A stretch of DNA of 63,021 bases from Candidatus Limnocylindrales bacterium (lineage in GTDB: Bacteria; Chloroflexota; Limnocylindria; Limnocylindrales; CSP1-4), in contig DAITNC010000002.1 in assembly GCA_036834865.1 (NCBI GenBank), positions 1-63,021 of the forward strand. Reading direction: 5' to 3'. Positions 25,841 through 35,292 of the stretch are shown here, piece by piece (within the stretch, counting starts at the first letter, position 1; every line of letters starts with the position of its first letter). Below the pieces are notes generated by a model. It worked only from the letters and a program-made list of their open reading frames with translations, did no database searches and had not been told where the DNA came from. Made by a program: the position numbers and the translations under genes.

Positions 25841-27472
25841 ATGGAGCGCCAACTCAAGCTCGACACGGCGCCCACGGCCGGCGGGAGCGATCCCGCCGGC
25901 CGTGGGCTGTCCAGGCGCGGTTTCCTTGCCGCCACTGCCGGGCTCGTCGTGGCCGCCTGCGGCCCGGCCGCCCCGACGGGCCGGCCGTCGTCCCCATCGC
26001 CGGGTTCGACCGGCCCGGCTTCACCCGCCTCGCCGGCGACGGGCTCGCCATCCGCGGGGATTCCCGGACCGCTCCCCTCGCGCGGGCCGAGCGCTGTCGC
26101 CGAGGAGAACAGGCGGCCCGGCGATAAGGGCTGGCAGGCCGGCCTCTACGGCACCCCGACCATCCTCGGGTACCTCGACCGGACGTCAGTGGCACCCGGC
26201 GACTCGCTCGGTCTCCATGTCCAGGGGGATGCCCGCTTCGACGCCCGCTGGTACCGGGTCGGCTGGTATCGGGGCGACGGCGGCCGGCTCATGCGGGTCG
26301 ACGGCGGCCTCTCCGCGAAGCCGACGCCGGCGCTCGTCGTCGATGCCGCCTCGGGACGCGCCGAGGAGCCGTGGCCGGAAGTGCTGCGGATCCAGGTCCC
26401 GCCCGACTGGCCCAGCGGCATGTACGTGGTCGTCCTCGACCCGTCGGCGGGAACGGCCGGAACGGCTGTCTTCATCGTTCGGCCGGGCGCCGTCGCTCCC
26501 GCGTCGGTGCTGTACGTGAATGCCGCGGCGACGTGGCAGGCGTACAACCACCACGGCCCGTCCTTCTACGGCACGATCCCCACCGGCCTCTACGGCGGCG
26601 GGAGCGGCGAGCAGGCCCACGAGATCAGCTTCGACCGTCCGTATTCCGAGGCCGGCGGGGCGGGCTACCTCCCGCGCTGGGAGGCCGCATTCGTGCGGTG
26701 GCAGGAGCGCAACGGCCACGACGTCGCGTACTGCGCCGACCTCGACTTCGAGATGCACCCGGAAGTGGTGGGTGGTCGCCGACTCCTGGTCCTGCCCGGC
26801 CATCACGAGTACTGGTCCGGGCCGATGCGCGACACGCTGAAGGCAACGCTTGCCACCGGGGTCAGCGCCGCGTTCCTCAGCGCGAACACCATCTACTGGC
26901 AGGTGCGGCTCGAGCCGTCGCCGCTGGGACCCGGCCGCCGGATGATCTGCTACAAGTCGACGACGACGGACCCGATCACGCCGACGCACCCGGAGCTCAC
27001 CACGTGCCAGTGGCGGCTGCCACCCGTGAGCAGGCCCGAGTCGCTCGTCATCGGCCAGATGTACGGCCACGTGGTCCGCAGCCCGGCCGACTGGGTCGTG
27101 GTCAACTCCGGCCACTGGCTGTACGAGGGGACGGGCCTCCGTGACGGCGACCGCTTCGTGAGCCTGGTCGGACAGGAATACGACACGATCCACCCGAAGG
27201 CGGCGCCCCCCGGCGTCGAGCTCTGGGCGCAGAGCCCGGTCGTCACGACCGGAGCGGAGACGGACCCGACGGGCCATCCCACCGTGCACACCGCGACGGT
27301 CTACACGACCCCCGCGGGCGGCACCGTGGTCGCCGCGGGCACGTACCAGTGGAGCTGGGCCCTCGACACGTTCGGCCAGCACTCCTACCAGGGCCGCTTC
27401 ACGCCCACCGACCAGCGGGTGGCGCGCGTCACCACGAACATCTTCCGCCGCCTGGGTGACGGCCCCGGCTGA
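25841..27472 (+). CDS. Tat-secreted protein, N,N-dimethylformamidase beta-subunit-like domain (tentative)
   Basis: Twin-arginine signal SRRGFLAATAGLVVAAC, then a Pro/Ser-rich linker. Then ENRRPGDKGW..ILGYLDRTSVAPGDSL..WYRVGWYRGDGGRL..PGHHEYWS..AFLSANTIYWQVR, which I recall from DMFase-like (DUF6605) proteins. The domain call is from memory only. Confidence 0.5.
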   Translation: MERQLKLDTAPTAGGSDPAGRGLSRRGFLAATAGLVVAACGPAAPTGRPSSPSPGSTGPASPASPATGSPSAGIPGPLPSRGPSAVAEENRRPGDKGWQAGLYGTPTILGYLDRTSVAPGDSLGLHVQGDARFDARWYRVGWYRGDGGRLMRVDGGLSAKPTPALVVDAASGRAEEPWPEVLRIQVPPDWPSGMYVVVLDPSAGTAGTAVFIVRPGAVAPASVLYVNAAATWQAYNHHGPSFYGTIPTGLYGGGSGEQAHEISFDRPYSEAGGAGYLPRWEAAFVRWQERNGHDVAYCADLDFEMHPEVVGGRRLLVLPGHHEYWSGPMRDTLKATLATGVSAAFLSANTIYWQVRLEPSPLGPGRRMICYKSTTTDPITPTHPELTTCQWRLPPVSRPESLVIGQMYGHVVRSPADWVVVNSGHWLYEGTGLRDGDRFVSLVGQEYDTIHPKAAPPGVELWAQSPVVTTGAETDPTGHPTVHTATVYTTPAGGTVVAAGTYQWSWALDTFGQHSYQGRFTPTDQRVARVTTNIFRRLGDGPG

Positions 27473-27575
27473 GCGCGACGACGGCCGCGCGTGGAGCCGC
27501 GGGTCGGTCGCCCCGACCCCGCCGGGTGGTCCCGGACCGGCCGGCGCACCCGAGGCCACGGTGTACCATCCCGGC

Positions 27576-28181
27576 ATGCTCGACCACGAAGAGAAGTTCC
27601 TGTTCAAGGAAGAGATCGGTCACATGGGGACCGCGATGGCGGACACGGCGGTCCTCGACAACGTCGAGGATCTCCTCACCGACGTCATCACGAGCCCGCG
27701 GTTCGATTCCGAGGTCTTCACCCTGGAGCGGTCGCTCCAGGTCATGCTGGGCGCCCGCGCCGGCAGCACGCTGGTCGGCCTGCTGACCGTGACCCCGGAA
27801 GTCTTCGACGAGGTCGCCGAGGTCCGGATCTCGCCCGAGGTGCACGAGCGCCTGGTCGCGTGGCGGGCCCGCTTCGGCCTCGCGATCGACAACGCCCTCA
27901 ACTTCCTCAACAACCCGGACGGGATCCAGGGCCATTCGTTCGCCACGCAGATTGCCCACATCGAGGACCGTCGCGTGCTCCAGGGCCGCCTCACCCTGGT
28001 CCGCTACAACAACGAGCCGCAGTTCTTCGTGGCTGATGCCAGCGTCTTCCTGGGCCTTGTCAGCGACGTGCTGGAACGGCTCGGCCCATACCTCGAGCCG
28101 GACGCGGTCGATCCCGAGACGATCGGGCGCCTCAAGGAGGCGATCGCCCTGGTCGAGCGGAAGACCACGCCGCGCGGATGA
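27576..28181 (+). CDS. Hypothetical acidic cytoplasmic protein (201 aa)
   Basis: From ATG at 27576: MLDHEEKFLFKEEIGHMGTAMADTAVLDNVEDLLTDV... Good coding bias. No motif recognised. Confidence 0.6.
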   Translation: MLDHEEKFLFKEEIGHMGTAMADTAVLDNVEDLLTDVITSPRFDSEVFTLERSLQVMLGARAGSTLVGLLTVTPEVFDEVAEVRISPEVHERLVAWRARFGLAIDNALNFLNNPDGIQGHSFATQIAHIEDRRVLQGRLTLVRYNNEPQFFVADASVFLGLVSDVLERLGPYLEPDAVDPETIGRLKEAIALVERKTTPRG

Positions 28182-28366
28182 GCCGTCGCGGCGGCCACGC
28201 CACCGCGCGGCGACGGCCGCGATCGCGCGCCGGCCCGCAGGGACGGCCGTCGGCCGGCGTCGCCCGGCGGAACCGGCGCCTCGCGTTCGTCCTGCTTGCC
28301 GCGTTCGCGCTGATCGCGCTCGCCATCCTCGCGACGCCGTTCGCGACCGCGCCGGCGCACCCGTAG
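28178..28366 (+). CDS. Small basic single-TM protein (62 aa)
   Basis: ATGA overlap with the upstream stop (28178-28181). Arg-rich N-terminus of 33 aa, then one hydrophobic helix LAFVLLAAFALIALAILATPF. Confidence 0.4.
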   Translation: MSRRGGHATARRRPRSRAGPQGRPSAGVARRNRRLAFVLLAAFALIALAILATPFATAPAHP

Positions 28367-28387
28367 CCGACGCGCTCCGCAAGCGGT

Positions 28388-29521
28388 ATGCGCCACCTCT
28401 ACCTTGCCGCCACCGGCCAGAACCGGGGCAAGACCACCGCCTCGCTGGGTCTCTTCCATGCGTTCGTCGAGGCCGGTCTCCGGACGGGCTTCACGAAGCC
28501 GGTCGGCCAGCGCACGGTCACCGATGAGACCGGGATCCCGGCGGACGAGGATGCCATCCTCATGAAGGCCGTCTTCGGCCTCACCGACTCGAACGGCGTC
28601 ATGAGCCCGGTCCACATCCCCCGCGGCTTCACGAAGGCGTACATCGCCGGGGAGGTGGTGGAGGACCTTGGAGCGCGGATCCTGCGGGCGCACGCCGTGC
28701 TGTCCGAGTCGAAGGATCTCGTGCTCGTCGAGGGCACCGGCCACGCCGGCGTGGGCGCCGTGATCGGGCTCTCGAACGCGGTCGTCGCCCAGCTGCTCGG
28801 CGCGCCGGCCGTCATCGTCAGCGAAGGGGGCGTGGGCCGGCCGATCGACGAGATCGTCCTCAACGCGGCGCTCTTCGAGAAGCACGGCGTGGCCGTGGCG
28901 GGCGCCGTCGTGAACAAGGTGGACCTCGTCGCGCAGCCCGGCATCGAGGCGGTGCTGGAGCGCGGCCTGGCCCGCCACGGGATACCGCTCCTCGGGGTCA
29001 TCCCGTACCGGCCCCTCCTCTCGAACCCCAGCCTCGCCATGATCCTGGAGGGCACGCGCGCCGAGCTGCTCAACGCGGGCCCGGACCTCGACGCCGTGAT
29101 CGGCGGGATCAGCGTGGCGGCGATGGAGCCGCACCACGTCCTCCAGCACGTCGTCGGGCGCCGGATCGTGATCGTCGCCGGCGATCGGGAGGACGCGATC
29201 GTCGCCCTGTCCCGGGCGCACCGGGCGGAGATGCGCCGGCCCGCGGTGATTCGCGGCGAGGTGCAACCCTCGATGCTGGGCTTCGTCCTGTCCGGCTACC
29301 GTCCGCGAGACGTGCTGGTCGACGAGATCCGCCGGGCGGGACTGTTCGCGTGCTTCCTGGACGAGGACACGTACATGGTGGCGTCGGACGTGCACGACCT
29401 GCTGGTCAAGACGCACCCGGCGGACCGCGAGAAGATCGCCACGATCAAGGCCGTCGTGGGCGAGGCGCTCGACGTGGGCCGCTTCCTCGATGCCGCGACC
29501 GAGGCCCAGATTCCGCGCTAG
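28388..29521 (+). CDS. Stand-alone Pta N-terminal-like protein (BioD/CobQ-like P-loop domain + DRTGG domain)
   Basis: MRHLYLAATGQNRGKTTASLGL (P-loop), KPVGQ and LVLVEGTGHAGVGA are present. The C-terminal IVIVAGDREDAIVAL..VLSGY pattern is DRTGG-like. It matches the regulatory N-terminal half of long phosphotransacetylases, with no PTA catalytic domain. Confidence 0.7.
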   Translation: MRHLYLAATGQNRGKTTASLGLFHAFVEAGLRTGFTKPVGQRTVTDETGIPADEDAILMKAVFGLTDSNGVMSPVHIPRGFTKAYIAGEVVEDLGARILRAHAVLSESKDLVLVEGTGHAGVGAVIGLSNAVVAQLLGAPAVIVSEGGVGRPIDEIVLNAALFEKHGVAVAGAVVNKVDLVAQPGIEAVLERGLARHGIPLLGVIPYRPLLSNPSLAMILEGTRAELLNAGPDLDAVIGGISVAAMEPHHVLQHVVGRRIVIVAGDREDAIVALSRAHRAEMRRPAVIRGEVQPSMLGFVLSGYRPRDVLVDEIRRAGLFACFLDEDTYMVASDVHDLLVKTHPADREKIATIKAVVGEALDVGRFLDAATEAQIPR

Positions 29522-29526
29522 GTGCG

Positions 29527-30522
29527 TCAGGCCTCCGCGGCAGGCGGCGTCGCCACCGGGCGAGGCGCCGACCGTCGGATCCGGCGGACCACGACGAGCG
29601 CAACCAGTGCCAGCAGCCCGACGGTCAGGAAGATCGGCACGCCCACGATGAGGAGCCAGATCCCGGCGCCGGCGAGCCCCTGGGCCAGGCCGACAAGGGC
29701 CGCTGCGGCCTGGTCGATCTCGCGGGCCGGATCCCAACCCTCGCGCACCTGGGTGACGGCGACGGCCGGCGGTGGCGTGAAGCTCACCGTGAGGGTCCCG
29801 AGCGCGGCCTGGTCCTGCAGCGTCTGCTGCTGCGCCGTCAGCTCCTCGATCTGCTGCCGGACGCCCGTGAGCTGCTCCTGCACCGCCAGGACGTCGGGGA
29901 TCTTGGTGGCCTTGTCCATGATCCCCTGGAGCGCGGCCTCGGTGACCCGGAGGTTCGCGAGCCGGGCGCCGAGGTCGACGACCTGGGCCGTGACCTCCTG
30001 GCTCGATGTCTGCTCCGCGAGGACCTTGGTGCCGAGCTTCCGGAGCGCGTCGAGCGCCTCGGTCCAGCGCGCCGCCGGGATCCGGAACATGACGCTCGCG
30101 GAGGCCTTGTCGGCTTCGCCGCTGCGCTGCGAGCCCGCCACGTACCCGCCGACCGCCGTGACCGCGCTCTCGGCGTCCCGGATCGCCGCCTCGAGGTCCG
30201 CGACCTGGAGGTCCAGCTGGCCGGTGCGGACGATCAGCGGGCCGCCGACGTCCGGCGCGCCGACGGGGCCCGGCGCCGCGCCTGCGGCGGGAACCGTCCC
30301 GATACCCGCCCCGCCGTTCGTGGAGCCGAGGGCCTGGTCACGCGCCGCGGGCGCGGCGGCGGCGGTGGCGGGCTCCGCCGCGGGAGCGCCGACCGCGGAG
30401 AGCGGGCTGCCGGCCGAGCTGCCACACCCTGCCGCGAGGAGGGCGGCGGTGACCAGGAGGCCGCCAACCGCGATGGCGACGCGCGTTCGTGCGCGTCCCC
30501 GGATGTCTCGATGCGCCATCAC
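29527..30522 (-). CDS. DUF4349 domain lipoprotein
   Basis: Lipobox LLAAGC. Then LIVRTGQLDLQVADLEAAIRDAESAVTAVGGYVAGS..ASVMFRIPAARWTEALDALRKLG, a coiled-coil, and a C-terminal TM helix. This is the DUF4349 layout. Confidence 0.75.
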   Translation of the reverse strand: MMAHRDIRGRARTRVAIAVGGLLVTAALLAAGCGSSAGSPLSAVGAPAAEPATAAAAPAARDQALGSTNGGAGIGTVPAAGAAPGPVGAPDVGGPLIVRTGQLDLQVADLEAAIRDAESAVTAVGGYVAGSQRSGEADKASASVMFRIPAARWTEALDALRKLGTKVLAEQTSSQEVTAQVVDLGARLANLRVTEAALQGIMDKATKIPDVLAVQEQLTGVRQQIEELTAQQQTLQDQAALGTLTVSFTPPPAVAVTQVREGWDPAREIDQAAAALVGLAQGLAGAGIWLLIVGVPIFLTVGLLALVALVVVRRIRRSAPRPVATPPAAEA

Positions 30523-30606
30523 GTCACCCCACGGCTGGTGGACGGCGGCGCGATTCCGCGTCGCTCGCCCCGGTGACGCGGGGGGGCCCGGCCCGGTTCC
30601 GGCAGC

Positions 30607-31437
30607 TCAGCCGAGGTGGATGTTGTCGATGAGGCGCGTGGTGCCGAAGCGCACCGCGACCGAGAGCATGGCGGGCCCCTCGACCCGCTCGAGCTCCGCC
30701 AGCGTCGTGTCGTCGGCGCAGGAGACATACGCCAGGTCCGCCCGGGGCTCCGTGGCAATCACGGCGGCGACGCAGCCGCGGATGGCTGCGGCATCGCGTT
30801 CGCCCGCCGCCCACGCGTCGCGGCCGGCCAGCAGGGCGCGGTGGATGACCGTGGCGGCGGCCCGGTCCGCCGCCCCCAGGTGCACGTTGCGGGACGAGAG
30901 GGCGAGGCCGTCGGGCTCCCGCACGGTCGGGCAGCGCACAACCTCGGCGATCCCGAGGTCGCGGGCCATCCTGTCGATCACGCGCAGCTGCTGGCCGTCC
31001 TTCTCGCCGAAGTAGGCGCGGTCGGGCCGCACGACCCCGAGGAGGACGGCCACGACCGTGGTCACGCCCGCGAAGTGGCCGGGCCGGGCCGCGCCCTCCA
31101 GCGGGAGCGTCAGCCGCTCGACAGTGACGGACGTGTCGAACCCGGGCGGGTACACGTCCTCCACGGAGGGAAGCCACGCGAGGTCCGCGCCGGCTTCGGC
31201 GCACAGCGCGAGGTCGCGGGCCTCGCCCCGGGGGTACTGCGCGAGGTCGGCGGGATCGTCGAACTGGCGAGGGTTGACGAAGATCGAGACCGCGACCGTC
31301 CCGCACTCCTCGCGGGCCCGGGCGATCAGCGAGCGATGGCCGGCGTGGAGCCAGCCCATCGTCGGGACCAGGCCCAGCGGGCGGGGGAGTGCGGCGAGCG
31401 CGTGGCGCAGCTCGGCCCGGCTCCGGACGACGTCCAC
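30607..31437 (-). CDS. panC: Pantoate--beta-alanine ligase
   Basis: Motifs LVPTMGWLHAGHRSLI, VSIFVNPRQF and YPR are present. Confidence 0.9.
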   Translation of the reverse strand: MDVVRSRAELRHALAALPRPLGLVPTMGWLHAGHRSLIARAREECGTVAVSIFVNPRQFDDPADLAQYPRGEARDLALCAEAGADLAWLPSVEDVYPPGFDTSVTVERLTLPLEGAARPGHFAGVTTVVAVLLGVVRPDRAYFGEKDGQQLRVIDRMARDLGIAEVVRCPTVREPDGLALSSRNVHLGAADRAAATVIHRALLAGRDAWAAGERDAAAIRGCVAAVIATEPRADLAYVSCADDTTLAELERVEGPAMLSVAVRFGTTRLIDNIHLG

Positions 31438-31446
31438 GGGCGTCGG

Positions 31447-32367
31447 TCAGAGGTCGCGATCGAGCGGGATCCCGGCGTCGATCCGCTGCGGTCCGCCGGC
31501 GCCCCGGTCGTCCGGGGCATGGCCCAGGACCTCGTCGAGGACCGCGTCGTCCATCCGGCTCGACTGGCCGGCGCCCGGGAAGGCTCCTGTCTCGACGTCG
31601 GCCCTGTATGCGGTGGCGGCAGCGAGGATCACGCCGCGCAGGTCCGCGTAGGGCCTGGCGTGGCGCGGCACGAACGAGCCGAGGCCCAGGAGGTCGGTCA
31701 CGACCTGGACCTGGCCCGAGCATCCGGCGCCCGCCCCGATCCCGATCGTCGGGATCCGCAGGCGCGCCGTGATCGCGGCAGCAAGCTGCTCCGGCACGAG
31801 CTCCAGGACCACGGCGAACGCGCCCGCCTCCTGCACGGCGAGCGCGTCGTGGAGGAGCCCGCGGGCGGTGTCGCGGGTCCGACCCTGGACGCGGACCTTC
31901 CCGAGCGCGTTGATCGCCTGGGGCGTCAGGCCGATGTGGGCCATGACCGGCACCCCGGCCCGCACGAGCGTCTCGATGACCCGGGCCGTGCGGACGCCGC
32001 CCTCGACCTTGACAACCTGCGCCCCGGCTTCGCGCAGGAAGCGGCCGGCGTTCCGCACCGCGTCATCAGGCGTGGCGTAGGACAGGAACGGCATGTCGGC
32101 CACGACCAGCGCCCGGTGCGCCCCGCGGACCACCGCCTTCGTGTGGTGGAGCATCTCGTCCATCGTCACGCTGACGGTGGTCTCGTAGCCCAGCATGACC
32201 TGGCCCACCGAATCGCCCACGAGGAGCATCGGGATGCCCGCCTCGTCGAGGATCCCGGCGGTCGGGTAGTCGTAGGCGGTCAGCATCGCGATCCGCTCGC
32301 CGTCCGCGTGCATGCGGGCGATGTCGACGACGGTCAGGCGGCGCGGGGTCTCGGACGTGCTGCTCAC
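31447..32367 (-). CDS. panB: 3-methyl-2-oxobutanoate hydroxymethyltransferase
   Basis: Motifs IAMLTAYDY, LVGDSVGQVMLGY and VKVEGG are present. The GTG start overlaps the coaBC stop. About 40 aa C-terminal extension relative to typical PanB. Confidence 0.9.
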   Translation of the reverse strand: MSSTSETPRRLTVVDIARMHADGERIAMLTAYDYPTAGILDEAGIPMLLVGDSVGQVMLGYETTVSVTMDEMLHHTKAVVRGAHRALVVADMPFLSYATPDDAVRNAGRFLREAGAQVVKVEGGVRTARVIETLVRAGVPVMAHIGLTPQAINALGKVRVQGRTRDTARGLLHDALAVQEAGAFAVVLELVPEQLAAAITARLRIPTIGIGAGAGCSGQVQVVTDLLGLGSFVPRHARPYADLRGVILAAATAYRADVETGAFPGAGQSSRMDDAVLDEVLGHAPDDRGAGGPQRIDAGIPLDRDL

Positions 32368-33764
32368 GAGGGTGCTCTCCCGGGCGTGGGTGTCGCGCCA
32401 GTCTGCGCCGCCGCGTCGCGAGCGTCCAGCGCGGCTGCCACGCGGTCCAGGATCCGCTCCGCCACGATGCGCTTGGGCAGGAGCGGCAGCGGGTCCACGC
32501 CGCCGTCGGCCGCGAACAGCGTGACCCGGTTCGTCGGCGTCCCGAAGCCCGACCCGGCCTCGGTGACATCGTTGGCCACGAGCAGGTCCACCCGCTTCGA
32601 CCGAAGCTTCGCGGCAGCCCGGTCCAGCCCACCGGTCTCCGCCGCGAACCCCACCAGAAACGGCCGGGGGTGGATCGGCCTGCCGGCCGGCACGCCGGCC
32701 TCGTCGAGCCCGCGGACCCGCCGGGCCAGCTCGGCGAGCAGGTCCGGGTTCGGGAGCAGCTCGAGGGTCAGGCCCGCGTCCGTCCGGGCGATCTTGCGAT
32801 CGGTGGGCGCGGCGGGCCGGAAATCGGCCACCGCCGCCGCCATGACCAACACATCGAAGCCCGCGCCGCCGGACGGCGTCGCGACGAGCATTGCCAGGAC
32901 CGCCTGCATCGCCGCCGCGGTCTCGGCGTGGATCACCTCGATGCCGGCCGGGATCGCGGCGCGGACCATGCCGGCGACAAGCGTGACGCGGGCCCCGCGG
33001 TCGCGGGCGGCTTCGCAGACGGCGATACCCATCGCGCCGGTGCTCCGGTTCCCGATGAAGCGGACCGGATCGATCGGCTCGGCGGTCCCGCCCGCGGTGA
33101 CCACGACGTGGCGGCCCGCAAGGTCGTCGGCGTCACGGGCCGGATCGTCGGTGTCCGCCAGGCGCGGAGGCCGGTCGGCGGGGTCCGGCTTCCGGATGGG
33201 GCGCGCACCGATCGCCTCGACGGCTGCGTCGACGATCCGCTCGAGCGCGGCAAGCCGGCCGACCCCGACCTGGCCGGATGCAAGGCCGCCGGTCTCTGGC
33301 TCGACGATCCGGTAGCCGAAGTCGTCGCGCAGGATCCGCACGTTGGCCTGGGTCGCGGGGTGGGCGTACATGTCGCCGTCCATCGCCGGCCCGACCACCA
33401 CCGGCGCAGAGGTGGCGAGGCAGGTCGCCGTCACCACGTCCGCGGCGAGCCCGTGCGCCATCGCGCCCAGCCAATGGGCGGTCGCCGGCGCCACGACCAC
33501 CACGTCGGCCGCGTCGGCAGTGATCACGTGGCCGATCCGCCCGTCCGGGAGCAGGTCCAGCACGTCCGCGTCCACCGGCCGCCGGCTGAGCGCGGCAAGC
33601 GTGAGCGGCGCCACGAAACGGGTTGCCGACGGCGTCATCAGCACCACCACTTCCGCGCCCTCGGCGCGCAGGAGGCGCAGGAGGTCGACGGCCTTGAACG
33701 CCGCGATGGAGCCCGTGATGCCCAGCGCCACGAGCCGGCCCGCGAGGCGCCCGGGCTGGCTCAC
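32364..33764 (-). CDS. coaBC: Bifunctional phosphopantothenoylcysteine decarboxylase / phosphopantothenate--cysteine ligase
   Basis: LGITGSIAAFKAVDLLRLL, PAMDGDMY (flavoprotein half) and VTAGGTAEPIDPVRFIGNRSTGAMG (CoaB half) are present. GTG at 33764 overlaps the coaX stop (GTGA). Confidence 0.9.
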   Translation of the reverse strand: MSQPGRLAGRLVALGITGSIAAFKAVDLLRLLRAEGAEVVVLMTPSATRFVAPLTLAALSRRPVDADVLDLLPDGRIGHVITADAADVVVVAPATAHWLGAMAHGLAADVVTATCLATSAPVVVGPAMDGDMYAHPATQANVRILRDDFGYRIVEPETGGLASGQVGVGRLAALERIVDAAVEAIGARPIRKPDPADRPPRLADTDDPARDADDLAGRHVVVTAGGTAEPIDPVRFIGNRSTGAMGIAVCEAARDRGARVTLVAGMVRAAIPAGIEVIHAETAAAMQAVLAMLVATPSGGAGFDVLVMAAAVADFRPAAPTDRKIARTDAGLTLELLPNPDLLAELARRVRGLDEAGVPAGRPIHPRPFLVGFAAETGGLDRAAAKLRSKRVDLLVANDVTEAGSGFGTPTNRVTLFAADGGVDPLPLLPKRIVAERILDRVAAALDARDAAAQTGATPTPGRAPS

Positions 33765-34561
33765 GCCTGGGCCTCGTCCCCGGCGACGGCGCGGTGGAAG
33801 TGGACCAGCCCCTTGAGTGTCAGGTCGGGGTCGATGCCGTCCAGGCCTTCGATCGTGCGCGCCCAGGGGAGGGCGCTCAGGCCGCCCGTCAGGATCGCCC
33901 GGACGCCCTGCGGGGCGAGCCCGGCGTTCGCCGCCAGCTCGCCCCGGATCCGGCCGAGGATCCCCTCGATCATTGCCCGGTGCCCCAGAACGGTGCCGAC
34001 CCGGATGGCGGAGGCGGTGTCGCGCCCGATCGTGGAATCGGGGACGCGGAGCTCCACGAGGGGAAGCCGCGCGGTCCGGGCGGCCAGTGCCTCGAGCCCC
34101 AGCTGGAGGCCCGGCGCGATCGCGCCGCCGACGAACGCTCCCCGCGCATCGACCGCGTCGAACGTGGTGGCGGTCCCGCAGTCGACCACGATGGCCGGCG
34201 TGCCGAGAAGGTGGACGGCGGCATACGCGTTGACCAGCCGATCCGGTCCCACCTCGCCGGGCCGGTCGACGTGGACAGCCATCGGGATCGTGCCAGCGGC
34301 CGCGACCGCGCACGGGATCTCGCGCCGCGCCGCGATCGCCTCGAAGGCGTCCGTGAGCGCGGGGACGGTGCTCGCGATCGCGACGGCCGAGACCCCGGCC
34401 AGCCCCTGCCCGTCGAGCCGCAGCAGGCCTTCGAGCAGGACCTCCAGCTCGTCCGCTGTCGCGCCTGGACGCGTGGCGGCCCGCCGCGAGGAGGTGAGGG
34501 CGCCGTCGCGGGCCAGGCCCACGGTGACGTGGGAGTTGCCGGCGTCGATCACGAGCAGCAT
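33761..34561 (-). CDS. coaX: Type III pantothenate kinase
   Basis: Motifs MLLVIDAGNSHVTVGL, GPDRLVNAYAA, VVDCGTATTFD and GGAIAPG are present. ATG at 34561. Confidence 0.9.
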   Translation of the reverse strand: MLLVIDAGNSHVTVGLARDGALTSSRRAATRPGATADELEVLLEGLLRLDGQGLAGVSAVAIASTVPALTDAFEAIAARREIPCAVAAAGTIPMAVHVDRPGEVGPDRLVNAYAAVHLLGTPAIVVDCGTATTFDAVDARGAFVGGAIAPGLQLGLEALAARTARLPLVELRVPDSTIGRDTASAIRVGTVLGHRAMIEGILGRIRGELAANAGLAPQGVRAILTGGLSALPWARTIEGLDGIDPDLTLKGLVHFHRAVAGDEAQA

Positions 34562-34803
34562 GCGCGGATGATAGGCCCGGCCGGTCGCCGGCGGGCGCGC
34601 CCGACCGCCCACCGGCGCGCGCGAGTGCCCAACTCGATCTCCGCGGCTGCCTCGGCAGGCGAGCGGAACGATCCCGAAACGCAACCCGCTGCCATGCACC
34701 CCGCGACGCGCTGCGCTACGATCGGTCCATTCGCGTCCCGACGGGGCGACGGCACGGGCGGGCGGCTCGTCCGGGAAGACGGCGAAACGGCAGGAGATGC
34801 CCG

Positions 34804-35235
34804 ATGGCGCGTCGCACCCCCGCGAAGTTCTACGTGAACAGCGGCATCGTCGCGTCGCGAACGGACATCCACAACCTGCTCCAGCCGCTCGTCAAGCAGA
34901 CCGTCGCGTACGCCTACTACCGCGGCCGGACCCTGGTCGCGTCGGGAACCGGATGGGTGGAGCGCGTCGTGATCGACGAGCCCGAGACCTCCAGCTACTT
35001 CACGCCGGTCTCGATCTGCCTGAACGTCGATTCGTTCGAGCACCTGGAGTTCGAGACGCGTCCCGGCCGGCTCATCGTCTACACGCTGGTCGAGGGCGAC
35101 GAACGGGTGGTCCTCGATTACGCGCCCTTCGGAGAGCATGACTCCGGGGCCCAGTCCCCGGGCCAGCTCGCGTTCGATACCAGCGGGTTCGTCCAGATGG
35201 AGCTGCTGGGCTCCGCGGACGACGAGGAGTCCTGA
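34804..35235 (+). CDS. Hypothetical protein (143 aa)
   Basis: MARRTPAKFYVNSGIVASRTDIHNLLQPLVKQTVAYAYYRGRT..VDSFEHLEFETRPGRLIVYTLVEGDERVVLDYAPF.. with an acidic C-terminus. Clean coding bias. No family recognised. Confidence 0.6.
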   Translation: MARRTPAKFYVNSGIVASRTDIHNLLQPLVKQTVAYAYYRGRTLVASGTGWVERVVIDEPETSSYFTPVSICLNVDSFEHLEFETRPGRLIVYTLVEGDERVVLDYAPFGEHDSGAQSPGQLAFDTSGFVQMELLGSADDEES

Positions 35236-35292
35236 CCGCGTCCCCGCGGCGGCCCGTGGCCGCGATCGCCCCGGCCGGACGCCGGGGCCCGG

